Positions 41,430 through 55,058 of a stretch of DNA of 64,000 nucleotides are shown here, one piece after another. The DNA is from Octopus sinensis (lineage: Eukaryota). The first letter of the stretch is position 1; each line of letters begins with the position of its first letter. The position numbers were made by a program, and so were the translations under genes. The stretch is from contig NC_043010.1 in assembly GCF_006345805.1 (NCBI RefSeq), forward strand, positions 23,808,001 through 23,872,000, given 5' to 3'. The notes under the pieces are model-generated. The model did no database searches. It saw nothing but the letters and a program-made list of their open reading frames with translations, and was not told the DNA's origin.

Positions 41430-42493
41430 GTCCGTATATATGTATATATATATATACAGGCAGGTAGATAGATAAATAGCTAGATAGACGTATATATATA
41501 CATATATATATGCATTTATATATATATATATATGTATGTATGTATATATAAATATATCCGAGGCGTTCAAACGTATGAGTGTCGGGGACACAAACGGACG
41601 CACACACATATACACAGAGCTTGAAAGAGGGAGAGAGGGAGAGAGATTGCGTGGTTGATGGTCAGGTAAATAAATAAGATAACTGTATGCCGGTAGTTTA
41701 TCCATAAATGTATCTGTATGTGCGCCGCGTGTATGATTAAAATATACACGTGTATATATATATATACAAGCAGGTAGATAGATAAATAGCTACATAGACG
41801 TATATATATACATATATATATGCATTTATACAAGTATATACATATATGCAAATACATCGATATATATCATATACATATATCATATATTATATAGATGCAT
41901 ATATGTACATTAGAACACAAACACAGACACACACACACATTTCTATATATGAATGAGTATTCTATAAGATATCCCTATCGATGTATAGATAAATGTGCGG
42001 TAGATGGCGTTGGAAACTGTTGTGAAATGTGAAAGAGAGGAATGAGTACAATGTATGGTTAGGAAAAGAATATGTGAAAGGAAGGAAAGAAACTGAGAGC
42101 GAGAGAGAGAGACAGACAGACAGACAGAGAGAAGGGGGAAAGTGATAGAGTAAAGGAGAAATGTGAATAAGTGAGAGAATGAATGAAATAATAGGTTTAC
42201 TTAAGTCTTGGAATTAAAATGGTTAAACAAAGTGAAGAAGGAAGAAGAATTTGCGAAATGGAAGTTGCGATGACATAAAGAAGACGTTTGTAAGCGTATG
42301 TGGGAGTTAAAGAGGGCGATTTGGGAGGGGGGTGGATCTCGATTCTCACCGTTTCCCCTAAATACTGTTTCTGTGCGCGCGCGCGTGTGTGTGTGTGTGT
42401 AAATATTTTAACTTGAGAATTCTCAGCAAACCTAAAAGTTATTCTTCTTCTTCCCCTTTTCTTTCCCACTCTAGAGAACCCAGTTTATATTTG

Positions 42494-42532
<39 letters not shown>

Positions 42533-42549
42533 AATATATATATATATAT

Positions 42550-42580
<31 letters not shown>

Positions 42581-42597
42581 GTGTGTATATATATATA

Positions 42598-42628
<31 letters not shown>

Positions 42629-42661
42629 GTGTATATATATATATATATAATATATTATATA

Positions 42662-42743
<82 letters not shown>

Positions 42744-42815
42744 TACATACATGTATGTATGTATGTATGTATGTATGTATGTATGTATACACATATACAC
42801 ACACACCACACACAC

Positions 42816-42852
<37 letters not shown>

Positions 42853-43688
42853 TGCCTTAGTTATTTTACTTTCTTCTTCATCACCTTCCTATAATCTTGT
42901 TACTTTGAAATTTCACGATTCCTTGCCGAATATTTTTCCGCTGCCTCCAAATCACCAGGGAATTGTGCTGCCCCCCCCACCCCCATACACACACCCCACT
43001 TCGCTTGATACAGTAAAAGAAAGAAGCTAACCGATACACAATTCCTGAACTTAAACAACGATAACCACTACTACTACTACTGCAAATACTGCCGCCGCTG
43101 CTGCTGCTGCTAGCTGTTGTTATTTTTCTGTTTGTGCACCTGCTGCCTCTACTGCAGTTCCACATATTGGTACCTGTTTGTAGCAGGAATTTGACTGCAA
43201 AACTAATGGTAGCTGTCGCAATTCGAATAGTTAAAGACACTGTTTTTTTTGTTGTTTTTTGGGGGGGATTGGTAGCGCCGTCGTTCAATATTGATATTGC
43301 TGTTGTTGTCGTTGTTGTTGTTGTTCCTACTGTTGGTAATGTTTGTGCTGCTGCTGCCGCTGCCGTTGCGGTTGTTGTTGCTGAAGTTTCCTCTGTTGCT
43401 GCTGCTACTACTACCACTACTACTACTACTACTACTACTGAACAAACGTGATAATGGTATGAAAATTCATCTGAGATTCCATTACGATAGCACGAGTCTA
43501 CCTCGCCATTTCCCGGCGGAGTTATATGTATATTTTTTTTTTCATTTTTCCTTCCTTATCTTTTATTTATTTATTTATTTATTTATTTATTTTAGCTGCA
43601 ACTTTCCTCACTTGCAAATGATTAGAATCATTCTATTGAAATAGCAGGTATAATTGCACCTGCGTAATCTAATTTGAAGACTTCGTGG

Positions 43689-43758
<70 letters not shown>

Positions 43759-44269
43759 GCCTTTCGTCGCATCTCTAAGCACGTGCTTTATGACTTCTAC
43801 AGTCGTCGTGACGTTCGCCATATTCTACGTGACGTCGATAAAAGATTTTCGAGAATAACGACTGTGAGGTGATAAAAATAGATTTGGTGAATTACTTTCG
43901 ATAACTTTTATATTGAGCTATAAGGGGCAGGTAATTGAACAATGATTTCAATTTCGATTCTCATAACACAGTGGCTAATTTTCCATTGGTCGAACACATG
44001 AGTCGAATATTCCCGAATCTGCAAAGAAATTTGCTTGAGTTTATCCGGTTAGAAACCGAAGCAACACTACACGCGGAAAGGAACCTGCTTTTTCAATTGA
44101 CTTGCTAAAAGTTACAACAAAACTCCTCTAAAATCACGCCTTCACATGTAATCGCTGACATGTAGACATTGACATGTAGTTCGTAATTTAGTTCACATCT
44201 TTGGGATTGAAAGCTATACCAACCAGCGAACCGGATGCCACTGCATCGTACAAAAGATCCCGTCCTCTC

Positions 44270-44617
44270 CATCTAGAGTAAGGACACATATTATTGTAGC
44301 AGTTTAGATTTCAGGGGCCTACAACTTTTCGACACTCTGCCTAACAACATCGGATATATGTGAGGTACAGGGGTGGCTGTTTTCAAAGAACATTTCGACA
44401 AATTTTGTATCTGAGGTACCAGACGAACCTACACCGTCGTAGGGAGCAAAAAGGAAAGCAACTCTGCCCAAGTCACGGCTTCACAAAAACAAAAAAAAAC
44501 AGTTCCGCAGAGAAAGCCGACAAGTGTGTGTGAGATAAAAAAAAAAAAAGAACAACTGCCTTAAAGGCGTGTTGCAGTATGACCACAGTCTGTAGCTGAA
44601 ACTAGTAACCATAAAAG
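44270..44617 (+). mobile_element. Degenerate 3' end of a CR1-group LINE
   Basis: Remnant peptides YCSSLDFRGLQLFDTLPNNI and VFKEHFDKF.SEVPDEPT. The tail resembles the family C SINE tail. Confidence 0.55.
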
Positions 44618-45025
44618 TAACATCTTTGTGTTATGAAGGGAAAATAAGTATTTGTCATTTTTGAAACGCTTCTCATGAGAGATCCATAAACGCTTCTCAT
44701 GAGAGATCCATAACAACAGCACAAAGAACAATAAAAACGAAGGATTTCAAATATTGCTTCGGGAATTGTCATCCAACCACGTACATGCCAATTTGTTCAT
44801 TGTTGAAGTTTTCCTCCAAGGTGTTCCAGAGTAAAGGAGTCTAATAAAAATATATTCTTGTTATAGAGCGTTATTAAATCCACGTTCCGCTATTAATTTA
44901 CAAACGTGAAGTTTCATATCTATCTTTCTTTCTTTCTTTTTTTCTCCCTAAAAAGAAACGCTCTACTTTGTAATTTGTCCCCATTGTGTTCAGCTCTGTG
45001 TGGCTAATAAAGAAACATATCTCTG

Positions 45026-45085
<60 letters not shown>

Positions 45086-45146
45086 ATATATATATAGAAC
45101 AATCTTACTTAGAAATGGATGCGTGCGTTCAGTCATATATAAATAA

Positions 45147-46023
45147 ATAAATAAAACATATGCATATATACATACATATATGTACGTACCTACCTCTACA
45201 TGTATATATACATGCATATATGGGTACAGGACACCAAAACAAAACGTCGAAAACAATGAGAAACGAAAACATAAACACAAAACTGAAGAAATGGACATAT
45301 TTTTTTAAACAACGAAAAAATAGAGTACAGGACATACAAACAAGGAAAATTCCCCTTCTTCAGTCGCCTTAATTTCATCTACTCCACGTTTCGAAGGTCA
45401 GGCGATACATGACTTCAATGAAATTTTCCTTCCCGCGGAAATCAAATTAAATAAAATTTGAGATTTTTTTGCGGAGGGGTAAAAATGGTAACAAAAACAG
45501 GACAGTAACGACAGTACAAAATATAAACAGGGCAAGGAGAATAACAGTAATACAAACAAGGAGGGCTGTTAAGCCAAACGAGATAAAAAATGTTTACGAA
45601 CGCTATTCTTTGGCATCGGCAGAGCAACAGATTTTACCGTCCCTACCTGGAGGAAGCTGGAGAAGAAAAGACCGAAATAGGCATCTCATCACGTGACCGC
45701 GACGGGACGGAGGAGGAGGAGTAAGAGAAAGGGAGAGAAAAAACGGGGATGGTGGTAGAGAAAAGAATGAAGAATGAGAGAGAGAGGGAGAGACAGTAAG
45801 GTAGAAGGAAAGGAAAGCCAAAAGAATGAAGGCTGAGAAAGGGAGGGGGAGAGAAAGGTTAAGAGTGCGCATCAGTATTAGTCCATTTCCTCAGTTTTGT
45901 GTTTATGTTTTCGTTTCTCATTGTGTTCGACGTTTTTTTTTTTGGTGTCCTGTACCCATATATGCATGTATATATACATGTAGAGGTAGGTACGTACATA
46001 TATGTATGTATATATGCATATGT

Positions 46024-46031
<8 letters not shown>
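45147..46031. repeat. Element bracketed by ~150-bp inverted repeats (45147-45296 / 45881-46031)
   Basis: Near-perfect reverse-complement match; mirrored ORFs 44990- and 45899+. Confidence 0.85.
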
Positions 46032-46093
<62 letters not shown>

Positions 46094-46543
46094 ATATAGG
46101 GTAAAAAATTATTAATTCATATTTAATAAATTTCACCATGTAGTTTCGGTATGGAAAGGAACCATATTCGGTAAAAACTTATACAAGAACCGTTCGATTC
46201 ACTTCAACATTTAAGTTTAATTTGTCAAAATATTTTCGTCACTTAGTGACCTGTTCACTAACAAAAATCCGTGCTGCATATACAAGAAGTGTTATATATA
46301 ATTATAACAATAATTATATATATAACAATAATAATTATTGTTATATATATATATAAATTCAATTTGAAAATTCCACCAGAATGGACGAAAGCGAGATTAT
46401 ATGATATTTGATATATGATGTATAAAAGCATGTAATATACAAATAAATATCCGTAAATATAAAACCATCCGAATTTTTGAGTACCTCATTTCTTCTAATA
46501 TAAAATACCTGTACATCATCTCCAAACCATCTAATATATATAT

Positions 46544-47523
46544 TGTTGTGAGTTCAACTTAAGGACAGAGCCGGCGACCTACATTTGGCAATGAATCCAT
46601 TGTTCTGCTAGATGCGGGTTGATTAATTAGCTCTGGGGAGACTCCCCGACCCCTTCGGGTGAATTAGGGTTCATTTGGAGGGCTGCCCCCTTAAGTAAGC
46701 AGTTCAATGTGTGAGAGACAGTGAAGAAACGGAAGAAGAAAGTAGTGAGGAAGACAGATTAAGGAATCTGAGCGGGGATAGAGAGAGTATTAGAGCTAAG
46801 AGAGATTGAGGATAGTGACAGAACCAGAGGTTTTGGGCAGTCGGTATTTGGTCGTCAAGGCGAGCGGTTGGATTTAGGAGCGAGGATTTTGGAATTCAAG
46901 GCAAGCGTTTAGCAATTTGGAGTTAGCAGTACTGAGAGAGATGAGGTGCAATATGAGACACTGGCTATTCTAGTAGGAACTAAGGTACGTGAATTGTGTA
47001 TTGATATGTGAAGAAAAAGAAGGAAAAAGAATCGATGTATTGAAATGTTGAAAAGAAATGGGACAGTAAAAAAAAAGAACAATGTGAACTGTGTAAAGAT
47101 ATTATGTATAATAATATATATTATGTGTAATGAATATTGAACTGTATAGGCCTTTAATGTCCTTTGAACTGTAACTTTAATGTGTTTTGAAACTGAACTG
47201 TTGTCTCCGGACGTGTACTCTTGAAATGCATTTGATGTGTTGATTCTGTTACTTGTATATACCTGATGTATGTAATTGATGTTGTAACAATTGATTGTCA
47301 TAAACTAGTTGTTAAATGTGAGCCAATTGCCTTGCCTCTTTGTGTCTCTCTCGATCGCCTCCGCTGTGTCTCTGTGTCTCTTCTTGCTGCGGCTGCTGTT
47401 GTAGTTGTTGTTGTTGTATCTCTCTCTTCTCTCCGAGTTTCCGTGGGGAACATTTGCTGCATCGAACGGGCCTGTGTGAGGGATTCCGTAACAGCTTTCG
47501 TTCGACGGAATCCCCTCGTAACA
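46544..47523. mobile_element. Probable solo LTR (980 bp) inserted in (TA)n
   Basis: TG...CA ends with short inverted termini TGTTGTGAG / CTCGTAACA, ATAT on both flanks, complex non-coding interior. Confidence 0.65.
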
Positions 47524-47629
47524 ATATATATATATATATATAACAAATGTAGGATAAAATTTTTTTTCCGGGAAAAAAATTTAACAATGGCCAGCACATC
47601 AAAATATACCTTTAAAGGTTAAATTTATA

Positions 47630-47721
47630 AATAATTTACAAGATAAGGGCAAAGGAAAAATTCTAATGCCAAATATGCCGAAAAACAGACAAAAATTGTC
47701 AATCTTTTGCCCTTATCTTGT

Positions 47722-47728
<7 letters not shown>
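47630..47728. repeat. Short inverted repeat (23-24-bp arms)
   Basis: ATAATTTACAAGATAAGGGCAAA / TTTGCCCTTATCTTGTAAATTAT. Confidence 0.85.
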
Positions 47729-47762
<34 letters not shown>

Positions 47763-48443
47763 AGAAAGACAGAGGGTTAGAGAGCAACGGTTTGCTTTGC
47801 GCTTCAAGTGTCACGCTACGGCGATCTACAGGTTCTCATGTAGAGTTCAGATTTTTGCACAAAGCCAGCAACTTTGAGAGACTGTGTGAGTCGATTACAT
47901 CAATAGGGGTCATTTATCATATTGAACCGTTATTCCTAACACATATTTCTCTGACCGTTATTTTTTTTGTACATACATATAAATAGACACACATTCACAA
48001 ACACACACACACACACGCGCGCGCTCATATATAGAATAAATAATTATGATTCAGTTGAATTACGTATTTAAGTTGAGGCACCAAGTCTGTCCAGCATTGT
48101 CCGCAGATATTTTATTCACCGATATATATATATATAGACATACATGCATACATACATACATGCAGATGTGCATACATACATACATATACATATGGAGGGA
48201 ATCCAGAGGTAGACTTCATCAGCTGTTAGACATTATATTATGGCTATTTATTTATTCAAAACAGACTCTAATAATATATATAAATACGTGTGTAAAGTAC
48301 TATTAATTTCTAGAATAGAGAAAGAAGACCAGATTCTTACAGCTGTTTCTGCCAAGAGATCACAGTACCTCACATGTTTTTCAATCTTTTCCCTTAGTTG
48401 GTTGGATTCACAACCTCAAACTCTCTTGAATTATATATATATA

Positions 48444-48477
<34 letters not shown>

Positions 48478-49139
48478 TGGTGTGTGTGTGTGTGTGTGTA
48501 TGTATGTTATTATATACATATATATATAATATATGTATATATGTATGTATGTATGTATGTATATTATGTATGTATGTATAATGTATGTATATATATATAT
48601 ATATACATATATATTCTTTTTACTTGTTTCAGTCATTTGACTGCGGCCATGCTGGAGCACTACCTATAATCTTTATATATATAAAACTGAGAATGTGTGT
48701 CTGTCTGCCTGTCTGTCTGTTTGTTTCCCTAAAACTTGAGAACTACACAATTTTACCTTTTTGCCTAGAGCGAGCTCACAGCAATATCATATCTTCTCCA
48801 CTACGATTCCCTAAAACTTGAGAACTACACAACCAATTTCATTCAAAATTTACACATGCCTTACTTAGGGTCCATGTATTTTCATGGGCAAAATAATGCT
48901 CAACTTCTTCCTAGGGCGAGCCCATAGCAATATCATATCTTCTCCACTATATCAGTATTACGTGTTAAAAGTGAAACAAAAACATTTCTCTATTTTATGT
49001 CAGATATTTCACTTAAACAATAAAAATAATAATAACAATTGAATTATATGTAGTAAGAAATAATTAAAATCAAACCAAAGTATAATATAATCGTAACATA
49101 ACAAAAGTAAAAATAGCAATTGGTATAAAATTGCATCAA

Positions 49140-49297
49140 TGACTTGAACTTGAATAAGTGGTTTCACATGAATGGGAATAAATTAAAAATAAAATTAGCG
49201 TGCAGAAATGGAATAGTCTAGATGGATAATAAAATAAATCAAAGAAAAGACTATTGTCTATAAAGTATACAATGTAGAGAAAAAAGAAGATTTGAGC
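49140..49297 (+). pseudogene. Left part of an old, degenerate Tx1-type ORF1 (the interrupted target)
   Basis: KEKTIVYKVYNVEK/RRFEH(M) aligns with KTITYRTQD of the units and KRIIIYKTFND of the LINE; it continues at 62128. Confidence 0.6.
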
Positions 49298-51209
49298 ACA
49301 TGGCGGAACGCAAAGAGTGTGTTGGTTAGTTATTTTGCATGTGAAAATTTGGAAAAAAACTGTTAAAAAATTGTCAAAAATTGAATCGCGCGAGGCGTTT
49401 TGCCGCTGCGTGTTTGAACCTTTTATAGAAGGTGTGTCGACCCTCAAGTCATGGAGACTTACGCGGGGGTCGCCACAACAAAAAGTGACGAGTCACTTAG
49501 AATAAAAGAAGTGTTCTTTAGAAAAGAACAATTGAAGGAATACGAGAAGTTCGTCAAAAGGGAGGGTGACAGCGTGAAGCTGGTCCCGCCTGTGGAAATA
49601 GAAGAAAAAATAACAAGACGATAACGTATAGAACGCAAGATAGAAACACGAGAAAACTGGTGAGAGTGACGATTGAAGAAATAGAGAAATGTCTGGGGGA
49701 CATCATGAAAAAAGCGACTTTTGTAGACAGAGGAAAGAAATATGGTACGGTGGAGGTGAGATGCGCAACAAAGGAAGTGGCGGCCTCATTGGCTTCCACT
49801 GTCCTGAAAGCGGAAAATTTCACCATGTGGCCGACATATAAAGGAAGACGAGGGGTACGGGTAAGAGTCCCAAAGGTGCCCCCAAATATTAAAACAGAAA
49901 TGCTGGTAACAGCCATTATTGGGGCAGCAAAGAGGAAGTAGAAATAGGGTCAATTAGGAGACGAACGTTGTAAATTGGAGGGATTCGGAGTAGAGTTGTG
50001 GCTGATGGCCACAATGGAAGACATCGAAAGATTTCCCTTCCAAATAGAATAGAAAACGAAAAAACAATTAGTGTAATAGTGGAAGGCAGAAAACCGAATT
50101 GCTACCTGTGCGGTTCAAGAGGGCACATAAAAAAGGAATGTCCGCTGTATGAATTCACAGCGGAGCAAAAAGAGACACAAAGTGGAGAGAAGGAAAACAA
50201 ACACGAAGAAAGAACAGCGAAAACAAGGAAAAGGAAATAACGGAGAAACAACAAGAGAAGGGAAGTAACAGCGCACTGAAGGAAAATGAAAACAAAGGGA
50301 AGAAGATAGTAGAAAAGGAGCAAAATTCACAGGGTGCAGAAGTAGAGGAGAAGGAGCCAAGACAGAAGCAAGAGAAAGAAAAGGAAAGTACATTAAAGGA
50401 AAGAGAAAAAGCAGGAAAAGAACAAGAGAAGGAACCGAACCAAGAGAAAGGAAAAGATGGTATGCAAAAAGGAAAAGAAACAACAGGAAAGGAACTTAAG
50501 GCACAGGGTAGAGAGACGGCAGACAAAGAGCCAAAAAGACAAGAGAAGGAAAAAGAAAGAAGAGAAAGCAAAAAGAGAGAAAGAGAGAAACCGAGGGAGG
50601 AGAAAAAAGAGGAAGTAAGTCCTAAGAAAAAACTAGAGAAAACGTAGGTACGAATAGAAAATTCACTATGGAACGTTGATCCATCACAAGCACTGTGAGG
50701 AGATGGAAGATTTAATAAGCGAACAAACGGATATACGTGGGTCAGGATGGGCACCGAATGGAAAGAAACAGGTGCACTCGTCCACGAGAACGACGCCGAG
50801 AGGTTCATCGAGGCAGCTGGCGAGAAAGTGTTAAAACATATGAAATGCCGACTTACAAGGTGGCCTCGAACGATGGAAGTTTACTCAGACTTGGTAGACA
50901 TAATGGAGTATATATAAAAGAAAAGGTATTGTGAAAACTTAATTTGGAAATGATAAAAGAACTTTAAATTCGGAAAAAAAAAAAGAAATGTTGAACTTTG
51001 TAAAACTTTTGAAATGTATGTTGAAAATGTAAAAAATGTTTTATTTGGAAAATATTGATGACGAATAAAAATAAATGACGAAATGTAACCGCTCGATTTC
51101 GGGGATCGAGTGGGCATTGCACCACATTGTACAAACTTCATAATTCATTATTCATTTTCCCGATTGTATTGTCCCATCTATGTAGCCCCTAGTGGGTAAT
51201 AATAAAACA
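49298..51209 (+). mobile_element. Array unit 1: ORF1-only non-autonomous non-LTR element (1912 bp)
   Basis: Starts ACATGGCGGAACGCAAAG and ends ...GCCCCTAGTGGGTAATAATAAAACA. Near-identical to units 2-4. Confidence 0.9.
49451..50917 (+). pseudogene. Gag/ORF1-like zinc-knuckle protein, unit 1 (several small deletions)
   Basis: Fragments match the unit 4 protein; CYLCGSRGHIKKEC present. Confidence 0.8.
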
Positions 51210-53133
51210 ACATGGCGGAACGCAAAGAGTGTGTTGGTTAGTTATTTTGCATGTGAAAATTTGGAAAAAAACTGTTAAAAAATTGTCAAAAATTGAATCG
51301 CGCGAGGCGTTTGCCGCTGCGTGTTTGAACCTTTTATAGAAGGTGTGTCGACCCTCAAGTCATGGAGACTTACGCGGGGGTCGCCACAACAAAAAGTGAC
51401 GAGTCACTTAGAATAAAAGAAGTGTTCTTTAGAAAAGAACAATTGAAAGAATACGAGAAGTTCGTCAAAAGGGAGGGTGATAGCGTGAAGCTGGTCCCGC
51501 CTGTGGAAACAATAGAAGAGAAAAATAACATCACGATAACGTATAGAACGCAGATAGAAACACGAGAAAACTGGTGAGAGTGACGATTGAAGAAATAGAG
51601 AAATGTCTGGGGGACATCATGAAAAAAGCGACCTTTGTAGACAGAGAAGAAATATGGTACGGTGGAGGTGAGATGCGCAACAAAGGAAGTGGCGGCCTCA
51701 TTGGCTTCCACTGTCCTGAAAGCGGAAAATTTCACCATGTGGCCGACTTATAAAGGAAGACGAGGGGTACGGGTAAGAGTCCCAAGGTACCCCCAAATAT
51801 TAAAACAGAAATGCTGGTAACAGCCATTATTGGAGCAGCAAAAGAGGAAGTAGAAAATAGTTCAATTAAGGAGACGAACGTTGTAAATTGGAAGGGATTC
51901 GGAGTCGAGTTGTGGCTAATGGCCACAATGGAAGACATCGAAAGATTTCCCTTCCAAATAGAAATAGAAAACGAGAAGACAATTAGTGTAATAGTGGAAG
52001 GCAGAAAACCGAACTGCTACCTGTGCGGATCAAGAGGGCACATAAAAAAGGAATGTCCGCTGTATGAATTCACAGCGGAGCAAAAAGAGACACAAAGTGG
52101 AGACAAGAAAACGAACACGAAGGAAAGAACAGCGAAAACAAGGAAAAGGAAATAACGGAGAAACAACAAGAGAAGGGAAGTAACAGCGCACTGAAGGAAA
52201 ATGAAAACAAAGGGAAGAAGATAGTAGAAGAGGAGCAAAATTCACAGGGTGCAGAAGTAGTGAGAAGGAGCCAAGGCAGAAGCAAGAGAAAGAAAAGGAA
52301 AGTACATTAAAGGAAAGAGAAAAAGCAGGAAAAGAACAAGAGAAGGAACAGAACAAGAGAAAGGAAAAGATGGTATGCAAAAAGGAAAAGAAACAACAGG
52401 AAAGGAACTTAAGGCACAGGGTAGAGAGACGGCAGACAAAGAGCCAAAAAGACAAGAGAAGGAAAAAGAAAGAAGAGAAAGCAAAAAGAGAGAAAGAAGA
52501 AACCGAGGGAGAAAAAAGAGGAAGTAAGTCCTAAGAGAAAAACTAGAGAAAACGTAGGTACGAATAGAAAATACAAATACTATGGAACGTTGATCCATCA
52601 CAAGCACTGTGAGGAGATGGAAGATTTAATAAGCGCAACAAACGGATATACGTGGGTCAGGATGGGCACCGAATGGGAAGAAACAGGTGCACTCATCCAC
52701 GAGAACGACGCCGAGGCGTTCATCGAGGCAGCTGGCGAGAACGTGTTAAAACATATGAAATGCCGACTTAAAAGGTGGCCTCGAACGATGGAACTTTACT
52801 CAGATTTGGTAGACATAATGGAGTGTATAGAATAGAAAAGGTATTGTGAAAACTTAATTTGGAAATGATAAAAAGAACTTTAAATTCGGAAAAAAAAAAA
52901 AAAAAAAAAAAAGAATGTTGAACTTTGTAAAACTTTTTGAAATGTATGTTGAAAATGTAAAAAATGTTTTATTGAAAATATTGTTGACGAACAAAATTAA
53001 TTGACGAAATGTAACCGCTCGATTTCGGGGATCGAGCGGGCATTACACCACATTGTACAAACTTCATAATTCATTATTCATTCCCGATTGTATTGTCCCA
53101 TCTATGTAGCCCCTAGTGGGTAATAATAAAACA
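51210..53133 (+). mobile_element. Array unit 2 (1924 bp)
   Basis: Same termini and body as unit 1. Confidence 0.9.
51362..52835 (+). pseudogene. Gag/ORF1-like protein, unit 2 (frameshifted)
   Basis: ORF pieces 51362.., 51811.. and 52590.. match the unit 4 protein. Confidence 0.8.
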
Positions 53134-55058
53134 ACATGGCGGAACGCAAAGAGTGTGTTGGTTAGTTATTTTGCATGTGAAAATTTGGAAAAAAACTGTT
53201 AAAAAATTGTCAAAAATTGAATCGCTTGAGGCGTTTGCCGCTGCGTGTTTGAACCTTTTATAGAAGGTGTGTCGACCCTCAAGTCATGGAGACTTACGCG
53301 GGGGTCGCCACAACAAAAAGTGACGAGTCACTTAGAATAAAAGAAGTGTTTTTTAGAAAAGAACAATTGAAAGAATACGAGAAGTTCGTCAAAAGGGAGG
53401 GTGACAGCGTGAAGCTGGTCCCGCCTGTGGAAACAATAGAAGAGAAAAATAACATCACGATAACGTATAGAACGCAAGATAGAAACACGAGAAAACTGGT
53501 GAGAGTGACGATTGAAGAAATAGAGAAATGTCTGGGGGACATCATGAAAAAAGCGACTTTTGTAGACAGAGGAAAGAAATATGGTACGGTGGAGGTGAGA
53601 TGCGCAACAAAGGAAGTGGCGGCTCATTGGCTTCCACTGTCCTGAAAGCGGAAAATTTCACCATGTGGCCGACGTATAAAGGAAGACGAGGGGTACGGGT
53701 AAGAGTCCCAAAGGTACCCCCAAATATTAAAACAGAAATGCTGGTAACAGCCATTATTGGAGCAGCAAAAGAGGAAGTAGAAATAGGGTCAATTAAGGAG
53801 ACGAACGTTGTAAATTGGAAGGGATTCGGAGTCGAGTTGTGGCTGATGGCCACAATTGAAGACATCGAAAGATTTCCCTTCCAAATAGAAATAGAAAACG
53901 AAAAAACAATTAGTGTAATAGTGGAAGGCAGAAAACCGAATTGCTACCTGTGCGGTTCAAGAGGGCACATAAAAAAGGAATGTCCGCTGTATGAATTCAC
54001 AGCGGAGCAAAAAGAGACACAAAGTGGAGAGAAGGAAAACGAACACGAAGGAAAGAACAGCGAAAACAAGGAAAAGGAAATAACGGAGAAACAACAAGAG
54101 AAGGGAAGTAACAGCGCACTGAAGGAAAATGAAAACAAAGGGAAGAAGATAGTAGAAAAGGAGCAAAATTCACAGGGTGCAGAAGTAGAGGAGAAGGAGC
54201 CAAGGCAGAAGCAAGAGAAAGAAAAGGAAAGTACATTAAAGGAAAGAGAAAAAGCAGGAAAAGAACAAGAGAAGGAACAGAACCAAGAGAAAGGAAAAGA
54301 TGGTATGCAAAAAGGAAAAGAAACAACAGGAAAGGAACTTAAGGCACAGGTAGAGAGACGGCAGACAAAGAGCCAAAAAGACAAGAAAGGAAAAAGAAGA
54401 AGAGAAAGCAAAAAGAGAGAAAGAGAGAACCGAGGGAGGAGAAAAAAGAGGAAGTAAGTCCTAAGAGAAAAACTAGAGAAAACGCAGGTACGAATAGAAA
54501 ATTCAAATACTATGGAACGTTGATCCATCACAAGCACTGTGAGGAGATGGAAGATTTAATAAGCGAAACAAACGGATATACGTGGGTCAGGATGGGCACC
54601 GAATGGAAAGAAACAGGTGCACTCGTCCACGAGAACGACGCCGAGGCGTTCATCGAGGCAGCTGGCGAGAACGTGTTAAAACATATGAAATGCCGCCTTC
54701 CAAGGTGGCCTCGAACGATGGAAGTTTACTCAGATTTGGTAGACATAATGGAGTATATATAAAAGAAAAGGTATTGTGAAAACTTAATTTGGAAATGATA
54801 AAAGAACTTTAAATTCGGAAAAAAAAAAAAAAGAAATGTTGAACTTTGTAAAACTTTTTGAAATGTATGTTGAAAATGTAAAAAATGTTTTATTTGAAAA
54901 TATTGTTGACCAATTAAAAATAAATGACGAAATGTAACCGCTCGATTTCGGGGATCGAGTGGGCATTGCACCACATTGTACAAACTTCATAATTCATTAT
55001 TCATTTTCCCGATTGTATTGTCCCATCTATGTAGCCCCTAGTGGGTAATAATAAAACA
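53134..55058 (+). mobile_element. Array unit 3 (1925 bp)
   Basis: Same termini and body as unit 1. Confidence 0.9.
53286..54762 (+). pseudogene. Gag/ORF1-like protein, unit 3 (frameshifted)
   Basis: ORF pieces 53286.., 53528.. and 54520.. match the unit 4 protein. Confidence 0.8.

Noticed and set aside
41440-41830. ~80-bp direct repeat (41440-41520 / 41752-41830)
   Set aside because: Low-complexity local duplication with no sign of function.
43780-43840. CRE-like TGACGT words suggesting a promoter
   Set aside because: Short motifs only, with no associated gene evidence.
51055-51125. Possible hammerhead or SECIS in the unit 3' UTR (TTGATGA...GAAA; ATGAC...GGAT)
   Set aside because: TGATGA appears only in unit 1, there is no UH cleavage site, the helix is too short for a SECIS, and the ORF has no in-frame TGA.
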